This document shows, piece after piece, positions 29,489 through 39,424 of a stretch of DNA of 64,000 bases; position 1 is the stretch's first letter; each line of letters starts with the position of its first letter. The stretch spans positions 64,001 through 128,000 of the forward strand of contig CAWBZI010000002.1 of assembly GCA_963793265.1 (NCBI GenBank), in the 5' to 3' direction. A program made the translations under genes and the position numbers. The notes under the pieces are model-generated. The model had not been told where the DNA came from and searched no databases. It saw only the letters and a list, made by a program, of their open reading frames with translations. The DNA comes from an uncultured cyanobacterium. Lineage in GTDB: Bacteria > Cyanobacteriota > Cyanobacteriia > Phormidesmidales > Phormidesmidaceae.

Positions 29489-29519
29489 TTGACCTTCAAG
29501 TGGCTTAAAACTTTAGAGT
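29489..29519 (+). promoter_or_regulatory. MerR-type promoter with 19-bp spacer
   Basis: TTGACC-N19-TAGAGT with the dyad TTCAAG-tgg-CTTAAA inside the spacer. Confidence 0.65.
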
Positions 29520-29547
29520 TGCAAAGTGTCAAGTCAAAGGCAAATGC

Positions 29548-30387
29548 ATGTTTCGGATTGGTGAGTTTTCTAAAATTGCGCAGGTGCCTGCTAGCGTGCT
29601 GCGCTACTACAACGATATCGGATTATTTGTGCCAGTTCAGAGTGATCGCAACACAGGCTATCGATATTACAGCGTAGAGCAGCTCAGTCAGCTTAACCGG
29701 ATACTGGCGCTTAAAGAGCTAGGGCTAACGCTTGACCAAATCAAGCAGCTGATCAAAGAAGACGTTTCTACTGAAGAAATTCGGGGAATGCTCTTTCTTC
29801 GTAAAGCTCAAATAGAGCAAACACTTCAGGCGGAAGCCGTTCGCCTACGCGCTGTAGAATCGCGTCTGCAACAGCTAGAGAAAGCGGGCGGCTTTCAGGA
29901 CGACGACGTGGTGTTGAAAGCCTTATCTGCCCAGCCGTTTCTTTCGCTGCGATGTCAGTGCGAGGGGCTCGCACAAACGCTAGCCCTTATCGGCCAAATC
30001 AACACAGCGGTGGCTAAACAGGTCAGCGCTAAAGCACTAGGGCGCTTTACGGCAGTCATTCATAGCGAGCTGTACGAAGACAGTAACTGGGATTTGGAGT
30101 TTGGCTTTTGTCTTAGCCAGTCTCTTAATCCGGCTGTCTTGCTAGATAACAGTTTGATAATGAATGTCCGGGAGCTAGAGCCGGTTGATATGGCGGTCAC
30201 GGCAGTACGCTTTGGCGGGCCAGAAAACGGCCATCTTTCCTACAGTGCCATTGGCACCTGGGCCGAGAGGCACCAATATGAGCTAGTTGGGCCAGGACGG
30301 GAGGTCTTTATTGTGCCACCGAAACCTGGACACGAAGCTGAGATGGTCGTTGAGATTCAGTTTCCGGTTAAAGCCTCTCCCTTTTAG
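29548..30387 (+). CDS. MerR-family regulator with GyrI-like effector domain
   Basis: MFRIGEFSKI..LRYY..TGYRYYS; C-terminal GPGREVF..EIQFPV. Confidence 0.92.
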   Translation: MFRIGEFSKIAQVPASVLRYYNDIGLFVPVQSDRNTGYRYYSVEQLSQLNRILALKELGLTLDQIKQLIKEDVSTEEIRGMLFLRKAQIEQTLQAEAVRLRAVESRLQQLEKAGGFQDDDVVLKALSAQPFLSLRCQCEGLAQTLALIGQINTAVAKQVSAKALGRFTAVIHSELYEDSNWDLEFGFCLSQSLNPAVLLDNSLIMNVRELEPVDMAVTAVRFGGPENGHLSYSAIGTWAERHQYELVGPGREVFIVPPKPGHEAEMVVEIQFPVKASPF

Positions 30388-30510
30388 TTAGCCGCCAAAA
30401 CAAAATCACGCCTTGCCTGTGACTTAGGAAATAGGCATTCCAATCACCCTGGCTATCTAGCGAAAGCTAGCATCGCAATATTTCTGACGAACCTCAAAAG
30501 AGAGAACATT

Positions 30511-30915
30511 ATGACAATTGAACTTTGGACTTTACTGGGCGCAACTTTACTTTTGTGGATTGCTATTTTTGCTCAACAGATTGCGCTTGATAAGGCGGTT
30601 GGCGCTAAGTACGCCCTGTCCAACCGGGAGCAGGATCATAGTTTTGAGGGGGCAACCCTTCTACATGGTCGTTTAACACGTACGGTTCGCAACCATGTAG
30701 AAGGACTGTCGTTATTTACACCACTTATCCTCATAGCTTCAATCGCAGGCATATCAAATGTATGGACGCAATATGCAGCGATCGCATTCTTCATCACTCG
30801 GCTGCTTCACTTTGCATTTTACGCCGCTGGAATCATACCCTTCCGCAGCTTTGCTTGGGGCATCGGATTCTTCTTTGCGCTAGGTAGCTTTGTCTTTGGC
30901 TTGGTGACAGGATAA
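30511..30915 (+). CDS. MAPEG-family membrane protein
   Basis: R..R...NHVE.L..F and FFITRLLH motifs. Confidence 0.85.
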   Translation: MTIELWTLLGATLLLWIAIFAQQIALDKAVGAKYALSNREQDHSFEGATLLHGRLTRTVRNHVEGLSLFTPLILIASIAGISNVWTQYAAIAFFITRLLHFAFYAAGIIPFRSFAWGIGFFFALGSFVFGLVTG

Positions 30916-30926
30916 TAGATTCCACC

Positions 30927-31310
30927 CTACTTACGCATTGCCTCAATAGCCTCTGCACTGGCGTTTTCCGCAGACTGGAGCGCACCTTCTATGTAGCTTT
31001 GCCATACCGTCGCGGTTTTGGTACCTGCTATGTGAATAGGTGAGCTGAAGTTGGTCAGCAGGCTTTTGCTTTCTATTTGCAGATGTTGCCAAGGTGCGTC
31101 AACAAAAATCTGTTTGGCTAAACGCTTGATTCGCCAGCTTAGCTGCCAAACGTCAAACAATCCAAACCAGGACAGCGGCGGCACGTTTTCAGACATTTTC
31201 TGCAACTGCCCGCGCACCTGGACAACTGGTTTTCTGCTTTCCCCGAAGTATTTATCTCAACCTTTTTAAGCCTCAATTCTTCTGTCAAAGCCCAGATGCG
31301 ATCGCTTTCG
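30927..31310 (-). pseudogene. Flavin amine oxidase remnant (internal deletion)
   Basis: C-terminal IHIAGTKTATVWQSYIEGALQSAENA resembles the monoamine oxidase FAGTET..GYMEGA motif. It is fused to an N-terminal-like piece, DRIWALTEEL. Confidence 0.65.
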
Positions 31311-31652
31311 TTTTAGTCAAAGCAATCGGCACAGTACTATGGTTGTCTTTAAGAGAACAACCGCTTTTCGGCAGCGCTGAGTTGTAGAAACTAAGCGGTT
31401 GGCATCGACTTACCTAAACAGCTATCACAGACAAGACGAATAGTCATCCAGACGATTGCATCGCGTTTACGAAGCATGAGTGAAGCTCATTAATTCAAAG
31501 CTCTGTTGATTGAAGTTTATGTGAAGTCTGTTCATAACGTATGCAAAGCCACATTTTTGATTGCGAGGGCGATCGCAGTATGTTCATAAGTACCCTAGTG
31601 ACTATACGCAGTACAAATTACGCAATCTAGATTCTAGCAATTAAGTATTTAA

Positions 31653-31814
31653 GGGACATGCGTCTAAATAAAGTACCGCTGATAGCGCTGTTCATTGCCT
31701 CGGGCATAGCAGTGCTAAGCCCCTACAGAAATTGACGGTGACGTAGGGGCATAGCACGCTATGCCCAGGGCAATATTTGTCGGTTTGCCGGTACTTTTTT
31801 TGAGCGCAGCTCCC
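31653..31814 (+). mobile_element. 162-bp MITE, copy 1 (26-bp imperfect TIRs, TAA target duplication, internal REP doublet)
   Basis: TAA[GGGACATGCGTCTAAATAAAGTACCG...CGGTACTTTTTTTGAGCGCAGCTCCC]TAA; near-identical to copies 2 and 3. Confidence 0.9.
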
Positions 31815-31888
31815 TAAGCCCGTATAAAACATCGTTTTTCGACTAAATCGGCCTTATCGATCAAGACTTCCTCGAGAAGTTTCTACTC

Positions 31889-33583
31889 ATGCTGAACTTT
31901 GCTAAAAAGATTGCTTTCTACACAGCGCTGCCCACGGCAACACTCTTTTGCGCAGCTGATGCAGCGCTATCTGCTGGTTTCAATTTTAATGAGGCTACAG
32001 TTGATAGCATTCAGGCAGGTCTAAGCTCAGGGGCTACGACCTGCTCGGGTATTGCTCAGCAGTATCTAGACCGCATTGATGCCTACGACGACCAAGGCCC
32101 GTCACTCAATGCGATCATCGCCACGAATCCTAATGCGCTTGGTATTGCCGCCGAGTTAGACGCAGCCTATGCGGCATCTGGCCCGATAGGTTCACTGCAC
32201 TGTGTCCCTGTCGTTTTAAAAGACAACTACGACACCTTTGATATTCCTACAACAGCAGGCGCGCTGGCGTTAGAAGGCTTTCAGCCTGATGCCGATGCTT
32301 TCCAGGTCGCTAAGCTCAAAGAAGAAGGCGCGCTAATCCTAGCAAAATCCAATCTCTCCGAGTTTGCGTTCTCCTTTACTAGCACCAGCTCTCTTGGTGG
32401 CACGACCCTTAACCCCTATGACACCTCTCGCAACGCAGGTGGCTCTAGTGGTGGCACGGGCGCAGCGATCGCGGCCAACTTTGGTGTTCTAGGGTTCGGC
32501 ACTGATACAGGCGGCTCCATTCGAGTGCCCGCTTCATTCAATAGCTTAGTAGGCGTTCGTCCTACGATTGGCCTGTCTAGTCGTTCAGGCATCATCCCGC
32601 TGGCGCTTTCTCAAGACGTTGGCGGGCCAATGACTCGTACGGTTAAAGATGCCGCTTTAGCACTCAACGCCACCGTTGGCTTCGACCCAGACGATCCGGT
32701 CACCGCAGGCAGCGTCGGCAACGTTCCAGAAGACTATACTGATTTTCTCAAGGTCGATGGGTTATCTAATGCCAAAATCGGTCTAGTCAGCGAGCTGTTT
32801 GGCTCGGATGACAATGCTGAAAGTGCCAAAACAACCTCGGTCATCAACAAAGCCGTTGATGCCCTTGTAGCGCTAGGGGCAACGGTAAAAGAGGTCACAA
32901 TTCCAAATCTAGAGGAAATTATCTCTTTTCCTAGTCTTAGCTCATTTGAGTTCAAAAGAGATCTCAACAACTATCTAGCCGAAAGGCCCGTACCGCCTTC
33001 AGGTGTCAGAACCTTAGAAGATATCATCGAAAGTGGCCTCTTCTTAGAAGATTTTGAAGCCGCTTATATCTCTCGTAATGAGCGCCCTAATCCAGAAGAT
33101 GACCCCGACTATATTCGCATTCTCTCCGAGCGCCCAGCGCTAACGCAGTCCTCACTGCTTACCGCATTAACTGGACTTGATGCGCTTATCTATCCGTCAG
33201 TGGCAAGCCCACCTAACATCTTTGGCGAACCTTTAGCGTCAGGTTCTGGTAACCGCCTAAGCCCGTTCTCAGGATTTCCTGCTATCACAGTTCCTGCTGG
33301 CTTTACAGACGACGGTTTACCCGTAGGGCTAGAGTTTCTAGGCCGGGCCTACGACGAATCAACCCTGTTAGGGCTCACCTATGCCTTCGAGCAGGGTACG
33401 CTCTTTCGCCGCCCGCCTGGGAGTACGCCGCCGCTGGATGGCGAGTCGATACCTGAGCCTAGCATCGCCATTGCTTTGATAGTCTTTGCGTCGGGTGCAC
33501 TGTTGATGCTCCGAAAGCAGCCTTTTACAGCATCAGGCGACACTGTAATCGTCAGCGTCAGTGAAGTATCGATATTCCCATAA
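31889..33583 (+). CDS. Secreted amidase-signature amidase with PEP-CTERM sorting signal
   Basis: N-terminal signal peptide; LHCVPVVLKD, GGSSGG and GTDTGGSIRVPA; C-terminal IPEPS followed by a TM helix and RK. Confidence 0.88.
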   Translation: MLNFAKKIAFYTALPTATLFCAADAALSAGFNFNEATVDSIQAGLSSGATTCSGIAQQYLDRIDAYDDQGPSLNAIIATNPNALGIAAELDAAYAASGPIGSLHCVPVVLKDNYDTFDIPTTAGALALEGFQPDADAFQVAKLKEEGALILAKSNLSEFAFSFTSTSSLGGTTLNPYDTSRNAGGSSGGTGAAIAANFGVLGFGTDTGGSIRVPASFNSLVGVRPTIGLSSRSGIIPLALSQDVGGPMTRTVKDAALALNATVGFDPDDPVTAGSVGNVPEDYTDFLKVDGLSNAKIGLVSELFGSDDNAESAKTTSVINKAVDALVALGATVKEVTIPNLEEIISFPSLSSFEFKRDLNNYLAERPVPPSGVRTLEDIIESGLFLEDFEAAYISRNERPNPEDDPDYIRILSERPALTQSSLLTALTGLDALIYPSVASPPNIFGEPLASGSGNRLSPFSGFPAITVPAGFTDDGLPVGLEFLGRAYDESTLLGLTYAFEQGTLFRRPPGSTPPLDGESIPEPSIAIALIVFASGALLMLRKQPFTASGDTVIVSVSEVSIFP

Positions 33584-33849
33584 GTCACTAGATCTATTTT
33601 GAAGTGCGCGAGCGTAGCTTTGGCATATCTGTTTTGCCAAAGCTATAGCGGTCGTGCGATCAGGATGTAGTAGCAACTGAAATTCCATACGTAGAGAGAT
33701 CGTTGATCTTGTCTAAGATTTCTCTGTGCAAAAGATAAGAGCAACAACTGACACCACTCAACGACTCGATGTTGTTGCAGCGATTGTTCTAATTATCTTT
33801 GTCATTGTCGCCAAAATCGCGCGTACCGTTATCTGACGAACGTGCCTGC

Positions 33850-34056
33850 TTTAGACAACATGGCGAGGTTTTTAGCTGTAAAACGCCCAATGCTGACGTG
33901 TTGGGCCGAGTTGTTTCGAGAATCACCCGTCAGTCGGTAGCGCAACTGCTTTCTGAGAGAGTTTGGAGTTATATTGGGATGGAGCAAGACGACTACTATC
34001 AGATAGACGGCTTAGGAATTCCTTTTGCTGGTGGGGGCTTAAGCGCTTCGCTAAGT
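33850..34056 (+). pseudogene. Serine hydrolase (beta-lactamase class C/NylB-like) internal fragment
   Basis: HGEVFSCKTPNADVLG..QLLSERVWS.IGMEQD..DGLGIPFAGGGLSASL; the N-terminal SxxK region and the C-terminus are missing. Confidence 0.65.
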
Positions 34057-34362
34057 AGGAATAAGCAGTATGAACACTTTCGTCAAGCGCGTTGGCGGTC
34101 GGGGTTCTTGGCTAGCAGTACCTTTGTTTCTGCTAGTCTCTATGCTGGCCGTAGATAGGCCCAACAAAAAGAAACCAACAGTGACGCTCATCTCTCCCAT
34201 GAGAAGGTTTCATAATAATATTTTACATTTAAGAAGGCTATACCTAAAGAAAGATGTTTTTAAAAATCGTAAAAAATAGAAGTTTCTCGCTTGCTATTTC
34301 GTGGATGTCTCCTATAATCGGTAGCGTACTATACAGAAATCATTTCAAAACAGGAGTCTTGC

Positions 34363-34878
34363 ATGTTGAATAAAATTCTAGTCGCTATAGACGAGTCAGC
34401 TTCTAGTGAATGGGCTTTCGATGAGGCTTTAACATTGGCTAAAGCTCTCGAAGCTGAATTGCTTTTGGTTCATGTACTAGAGGCATTTGCATCCGACAGT
34501 CCAAAGCAGCCCCTGGTTTCTGCCGCCATTTTTTCAAGAGGTGTAGATAGCCCTGCCCAAAAGGAGTACGAACAGGAGTGGCAACAGTTTGAAAACCGCT
34601 ATGTTACCTTGCTCAAACAGAGACAAGCACAGGCGGAAGCTACTGGCATTACCGCCAACTATTTACAGGCTCAAGGCGCACCAGAACGGCAGATTCGCGA
34701 AATTGCGAAGACGCATGACATCGACTTGATTGTGCTCGGCAATCGCGATCGCACAAATCCTAACAGCATTAGCAACTATCTAGTTCATCATGCACCCTGT
34801 TCGGTCACCGTCGTCCATCCCAAAGCTAACGACCGGGAATCTTCAAGAACAAACCTTTCAGAGGTAGTTGCTGTATAG
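34363..34878 (+). CDS. Universal stress protein
   Basis: KILVAIDES, LLLVHV, DLIVLG and SISNYLVHHAPCSVTVV; TTGCTA-N16-TATAAT upstream at 34291-34318. Confidence 0.92.
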   Translation: MLNKILVAIDESASSEWAFDEALTLAKALEAELLLVHVLEAFASDSPKQPLVSAAIFSRGVDSPAQKEYEQEWQQFENRYVTLLKQRQAQAEATGITANYLQAQGAPERQIREIAKTHDIDLIVLGNRDRTNPNSISNYLVHHAPCSVTVVHPKANDRESSRTNLSEVVAV

Positions 34879-35257
34879 CAGCAGCGAACGGCTTTTTGAG
34901 CAGTAACGAGGTATCTCTTGGAAAAGCTGCTCGAAGCCGTAGGCGCGATGAGCAATAGGGTAGGTAGCAAAGTAAGTAGCTTGCTCTACTTAATTACCAA
35001 AAACTTCAAGGCTTTTCAAAGGTTCTGTTGCAAAGTTTCGCTATAGACCACTCTCTTGCGAGTTGCCCAAATAAGCTTGCCGTCGCGCTTCAGTAAATTT
35101 AGCAAACGAGTAGCTGTCATCCTCATGGAGATAATAGACATTGAACAAATCGAGGCATCGCTATAATGAGGAACCGTAAGACCTTTGGCAGATGAAGCTA
35201 AAAAGTTTGTTCGATGAGTTCGGTGAGAATTAAGAATTCAATTCGTCTTTAACTTTT

Positions 35258-35365
35258 ATCAAACCGAAGAACAGAAAGCACTAGCAAAGCAAATTGCTCA
35301 GCAGACCGCCCCGAATGTTCCTATTGTTAATCAGATCACCTATTGTTAATCAGATCAAAGTTTAA
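35258..35365 (+). pseudogene. Possible BON-domain C-terminal remnant with 19-bp tandem duplication
   Basis: QTEEQKALAKQIAQQTAPNVPIVNQI; CCTATTGTTAATCAGATCA occurs twice at 35320-35357. Confidence 0.4.
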
Positions 35366-35450
35366 TCATTATTCTCCATCTTCTGAGATATAGGCGACCC
35401 GTTCCCTCCTCCAGCTAAAAAGCAGCCGCATCTGCTAACTGCCGACGAAA

Positions 35451-35470
35451 TATCCCCTCCCCCCGGATTG
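35451..35470. promoter_or_regulatory. Putative InrS/CsoR-type operator
   Basis: TATCCCCTCCCCCCGGATTG; matches 971-990 in the same orientation relative to the downstream gene. Confidence 0.6.
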
Positions 35471-35521
35471 TTATTAAACCCCCAAGCCACTAAGCTGCTC
35501 CAAAAGAGACAATTATTGCTT

Positions 35522-36269
35522 ATGTGGTTTCAAGGTCTTTTTGGGTTTACCAGCGCTTCTTCAGTCTCGCTTCAGCCTATTTTGGGCCTGCATATTCCCG
35601 ATGGCTTCTTAAGTTTGCCGGTTAGCCTGTTTGGCTGGATCGTGGCTATCGGGTTAACTGCGGTTTCACTCAAGCGGGTAGAGTCCGTTTATGGCGATCG
35701 CACCGTCTCTCTTATGGGTGAAGGAAGGATCACTAAACTTATGGCGAATTTTCGCTTCGATATTGACAGCCAAAAATCGACCTTTTGGCATTCTCTAGCG
35801 CCGCGTACGCGGGTGCTATGCGTGTGTTTGTGGGTATTGGCGATCGCCTTTACGCCCAACGCTCACTGGTGGAGCTGGGCCACTTATGGAGCAACCATCT
35901 TTGGTTTGGGCCTCATCAGCCGAGTCACCTGGAGCGCGCTCCTAAAGCGACTAGCCGTAGAATTCTCTTTTATCGGCACGGTTTTAGTTGGAACTTTGTT
36001 TCAAGGGGGTGGCGACGTTGCACCATAATCCGATCTCTATTGCCAATTTGAGCTATACCTATGAAGACGGCACTCAGGCGCTCAACAGCATCAACTTCAA
36101 CGTGAAGCCTACCGAGCAGGTGCTAGGCGACCCTGATTTTTTGCACCGCCATGCGCTAGAGCCACCTCTTTGCTACAGTCGCCCGTACTGTCAGATCGAC
36201 CATGCGCCTACACCGCTGCATAAAGTCTCTTTTGGTACACTGTCCCCTCAACTGGCCGAGGTGACATGA
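35522..36269 (+). pseudogene. Collapsed cbiM-cbiQ-cbiO (nikMQO-type ECF Ni/Co transporter) operon
   Basis: CbiM N-terminus (LHIPDGFLSLPVS) fused to CbiQ N-terminus (STFWHSLAPRTRVL..LKRLAVEF), then CbiO N-terminus (ISIANLSYTYEDGTQAL) fused to its C-terminus (LGDPDFL..HALEPP); Walker motifs absent. Confidence 0.8.
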
Positions 36270-36399
36270 CTGTCCTCATTCAGCTTTACTGAACGGTTGT
36301 TCTCACAAATTTCACTACCATATCTCTTTAAAATGACACTAAAGACCTTACGTTTATTAGCTGACACAGCAGCCTTCTACCTTCATCTCAAGTGATTCA

Positions 36400-36750
36400 A
36401 TGAAACCTCCCTCAGCAGATCATCGAGCTGCACCAGCAGGTAACCATCCGCACGAGCACGATCATAGCCAAAGCGCAGCCCACGTTCATAGCGAGGCTTC
36501 TAAAAAGCAGCTAATCAACCGTCTCTCTCGGATCGAAGGGCATCTGCGCGGTATTAAATCTATGGTTGAAAGCGATCGCGCCTGCCCCGATGTTTTAATC
36601 CAGATTGCGGCTGTTCGAGGCGGATTAGACCGGGTTGCTCGGCTTATCTTAGACGAGCATTTGAGTGAATGTATCACCAGGGCCGTCGATGACGGCAATA
36701 TTGAAGTAGAAGTAGAGGCCCTAAAAGCCGCTCTTGACCGATTTATCTAG
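36400..36750 (+). CDS. inrS: CsoR/RcnR-family Ni-responsive repressor, InrS-like
   Basis: His-rich N-terminus, HVHS, NRLSRIEGHLRGI, CPDVLIQIAAVRG and LILDEHLSEC; closely follows Synechocystis InrS as I recall it. Confidence 0.8.
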   Translation: MKPPSADHRAAPAGNHPHEHDHSQSAAHVHSEASKKQLINRLSRIEGHLRGIKSMVESDRACPDVLIQIAAVRGGLDRVARLILDEHLSECITRAVDDGNIEVEVEALKAALDRFI

Positions 36751-36825
36751 ATCCTAAGTAAAACCTCTTGCAGTTTCGGCCTAGAACGCTGCCAGTGAAG
36801 GCGGCGTTTTAAACCCTTCAAATAA

Positions 36826-36987
36826 GGGAGCTGCGCTCAAATAAAGTACCGGCAAATCGACAAATATTGCCCTGGGCATAGCGTGCTATGCCCCTACGTT
36901 ACCGTCAATTTCTGTAGGGGCTTAGCACTGCTATGCCCGAGGCAATGAACAGCGCTATCAGCGGTACTTTATTTAAACGCATGTCCC
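36826..36987 (-). mobile_element. 162-bp MITE, copy 2 (inverted)
   Basis: TAA[GGGAGCTGCGCTCAAATAAAGTACCG...GCATGTCCC]TAA. Confidence 0.9.
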
Positions 36988-37100
36988 TAAAGTCTTAATA
37001 GAACTGGTGATGGGCACCGCTACAATTAAGCCCAGAACGCCAGCAATTTTAGTCGCTACAGGCCAATCTGCATGTCAACGTAATTCTAGAGGTAATTTAC

Positions 37101-38279
37101 TTACAGCGATCGCTTCGGCCAGGTAAAGCAGAACTTACTGCCAGCTGTCGTTTTTTCGTCTAGCCACAGCTTACCCCCTTCAGCTTCGACAATCTTTTTA
37201 ACCAAAGCTAGGCCAAGACCTGTATTCGCCCCGTCCTCGCTATCTTTGATCGTTCGGAACATCTCAAATATCTGATGACGGTAGCTCATTGGAATGCCTG
37301 GGCCATCATCAATGATGGCAAACTCGTACTGATGTCCACAACTAGAAGCGGTAACTTCTATCTTTCCACGAGCTTTGTCGTGGTGTTTTATAGCATTGCT
37401 AATGAGGTTTGACATCACCTGATTTAGCAGCACGCGCTTAGCTAAAAGTTTGGGAAGCGGTGTAGAGGGTGAGATTGTGAACCCTGCAGGCGGTGAAATT
37501 AAATCAATAACTTCACTGAGTAGCTCAGCGGTATCAACTTCTTCTGCGGATAGGTCTTCTCTACCGACCTTTGAAACTTGCAGCAGACCTTCTACAAGCA
37601 AATGCATTCTAGCGACTCGCTGCTGTAGAAGCGCAAGATGTGACTTCGTTTCCTCTGGAGCTTTGTCCTCTAAGTCTTCTCCAATCCATCTTGCTAAGTT
37701 AGAAATACCGCGCAGCGGCGCTTTAAGATCGTGTGATACAACGCTAGCAAAATCATCTAGCTCTTGGTTGCGCTGTTCAAGGTCTATCTGCGCCTTCTTC
37801 CGCTTCGTTATGTCGCGCGAGACGGATAAGATCTCGCGAATATGGTTGTCATCATCAAAAATAGGTGTGACCACAACTTCCCACCATCGAGGGTTGCCCT
37901 TAGCCGTTGCGCAGTAGCCATCGAAGCGGCCTGTCTCGCCGCAACAAGCCCGCTCAAAAGCAGCTTTTGCAGCATCCTTATCCGCACCACACCAAAAAGA
38001 CAGCCAGCGCTGATGCCGCACCTGCTGGGCGAAGTTGTCTACTTCCATAATGCGCTGCCCTTCATGGTTCATATAAAGCAGCCTGCCGTGCAGATCGAGC
38101 ACCTTAACACAGTCCTGACTGCTCTCAAGCAAACGCTGCAAGAATTTAGCATCTTGACAGCGATAGTCATCTTCTCGTTTTTCATTCAGTGAACTAGCTG
38201 AAGGTGGCATAGCTGCATAGCTTGGCAGACCAGATTCTGTATGTGTGCGGCTTTGATTATCAATAGAGTTCTCTGGCAT
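37101..38279 (-). CDS. PAS-domain sensor histidine kinase
   Basis: PAS (DCVKVLDLHGRLLYMN), H-box SHDLKAPL, NLISNAIKH, DDGPGI and GLGLALVKK. ATG at 38279 preferred over the ORF track start at 38387. Confidence 0.9.
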   Translation of the reverse strand: MPENSIDNQSRTHTESGLPSYAAMPPSASSLNEKREDDYRCQDAKFLQRLLESSQDCVKVLDLHGRLLYMNHEGQRIMEVDNFAQQVRHQRWLSFWCGADKDAAKAAFERACCGETGRFDGYCATAKGNPRWWEVVVTPIFDDDNHIREILSVSRDITKRKKAQIDLEQRNQELDDFASVVSHDLKAPLRGISNLARWIGEDLEDKAPEETKSHLALLQQRVARMHLLVEGLLQVSKVGREDLSAEEVDTAELLSEVIDLISPPAGFTISPSTPLPKLLAKRVLLNQVMSNLISNAIKHHDKARGKIEVTASSCGHQYEFAIIDDGPGIPMSYRHQIFEMFRTIKDSEDGANTGLGLALVKKIVEAEGGKLWLDEKTTAGSKFCFTWPKRSL

Positions 38280-38561
38280 TGGAGTCGCTGTAGCAGATGT
38301 AAGCAATGTGACAGGGGTAAATATCGCTTCTCCTAAAGACGTATGCTTATTGTATAGTTTTTTATACCGAAGGTATAGGTTACACAAACGATGATACCGC
38401 TTATGTCTATCTAAAGGCGGAGCATATGGAATAGACCATCTTCAAGTTTCGTTTAAATGAATTAAAGTCAAAGAGCACTCTACTTTCACGCGGCACCTTC
38501 TACGGCCTGCACCCGATGCGATCGCAAAAGCAGTGAAAAGCTAAAAAGCGTAAGAATTACC

Positions 38562-39215
38562 TCAACCAAGCACAAAATCAAAGTAAGCCTGCTTGCCCTC
38601 AGCAGTATCTTGAACCGCCATCAGTAGCGCTCTCTGGAAGAGAAAGTCTTGTTCGTTCAGCGGCTCATCAGGAAGATAGATCTGGGTAGTCAGCGCTAGG
38701 CGATCTGAAGCCTGCACCTTGATATGTAGGTGACGAGTACGCCCCGGATATAGTCCAGGGACAATCGTTTCAATCCGGTAGCGGCCTTCAGCATCTGTGA
38801 ACTGGTGCCCGCGCAGATTGTTCCCTTCGTTGTCATACGCCCCTTGCGCGTCTGTTTGCCAAACGTCGATCAGGCTGTTAGCAAGCGGCACGCACGCTGT
38901 TGTAAGGACTTGCCCGGTTACGACAAGCCGAGTGCCTGTTGTTTCTGGCGTTAGTAGCGACTGCCGCTGAGGCGAATTAGGAGAATAGAACGGGCCTGGC
39001 GTCTGGCTAGGCGTGAGCGTGTAGTCTCCGCAAGCGGGCGTCGGCGGCAGTTGCAGGGGTGAGCCTTGGGCTTGAGCCTTACCTGGGCTTGAGCGCTGAG
39101 CAGCTTGACCACAGGCACTGAGGCTCACGGCGGCAAAGAAATAGGGCGATCGCCTCAGAAAGCGGCGACGACTGGTGCGAGCTATCCAAGATCTTTTTGT
39201 TAAATCAGTACTCAT
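38562..39215 (-). CDS. Tat-exported lipoprotein of the intradiol ring-cleavage dioxygenase family
   Basis: SRRRFL, lipobox LSAC, GPFY, DVWQTDAQGAYD, TIVPGLYPGRTRHLH and TTQIY. Confidence 0.85.
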   Translation of the reverse strand: MSTDLTKRSWIARTSRRRFLRRSPYFFAAVSLSACGQAAQRSSPGKAQAQGSPLQLPPTPACGDYTLTPSQTPGPFYSPNSPQRQSLLTPETTGTRLVVTGQVLTTACVPLANSLIDVWQTDAQGAYDNEGNNLRGHQFTDAEGRYRIETIVPGLYPGRTRHLHIKVQASDRLALTTQIYLPDEPLNEQDFLFQRALLMAVQDTAEGKQAYFDFVLG

Positions 39216-39424
39216 AGCGCAGTGAAAAAGGGCCGTCTCTATTGTGTCTCAACAGCCAGCCGAATTGCTTGATTCCTCTAGAACAAACCGGATGCTGCTG
39301 TGCCAGTAGACGATATGTTGACGAAGGCACTGAAGCGTTACGAACCAACATTTGTACCAGTTAGAGCCTAAGGATAATAGTGCTCAAGGCGATGTACAAC
39401 TAAAGTGAAGACAGCCTGAATGCG

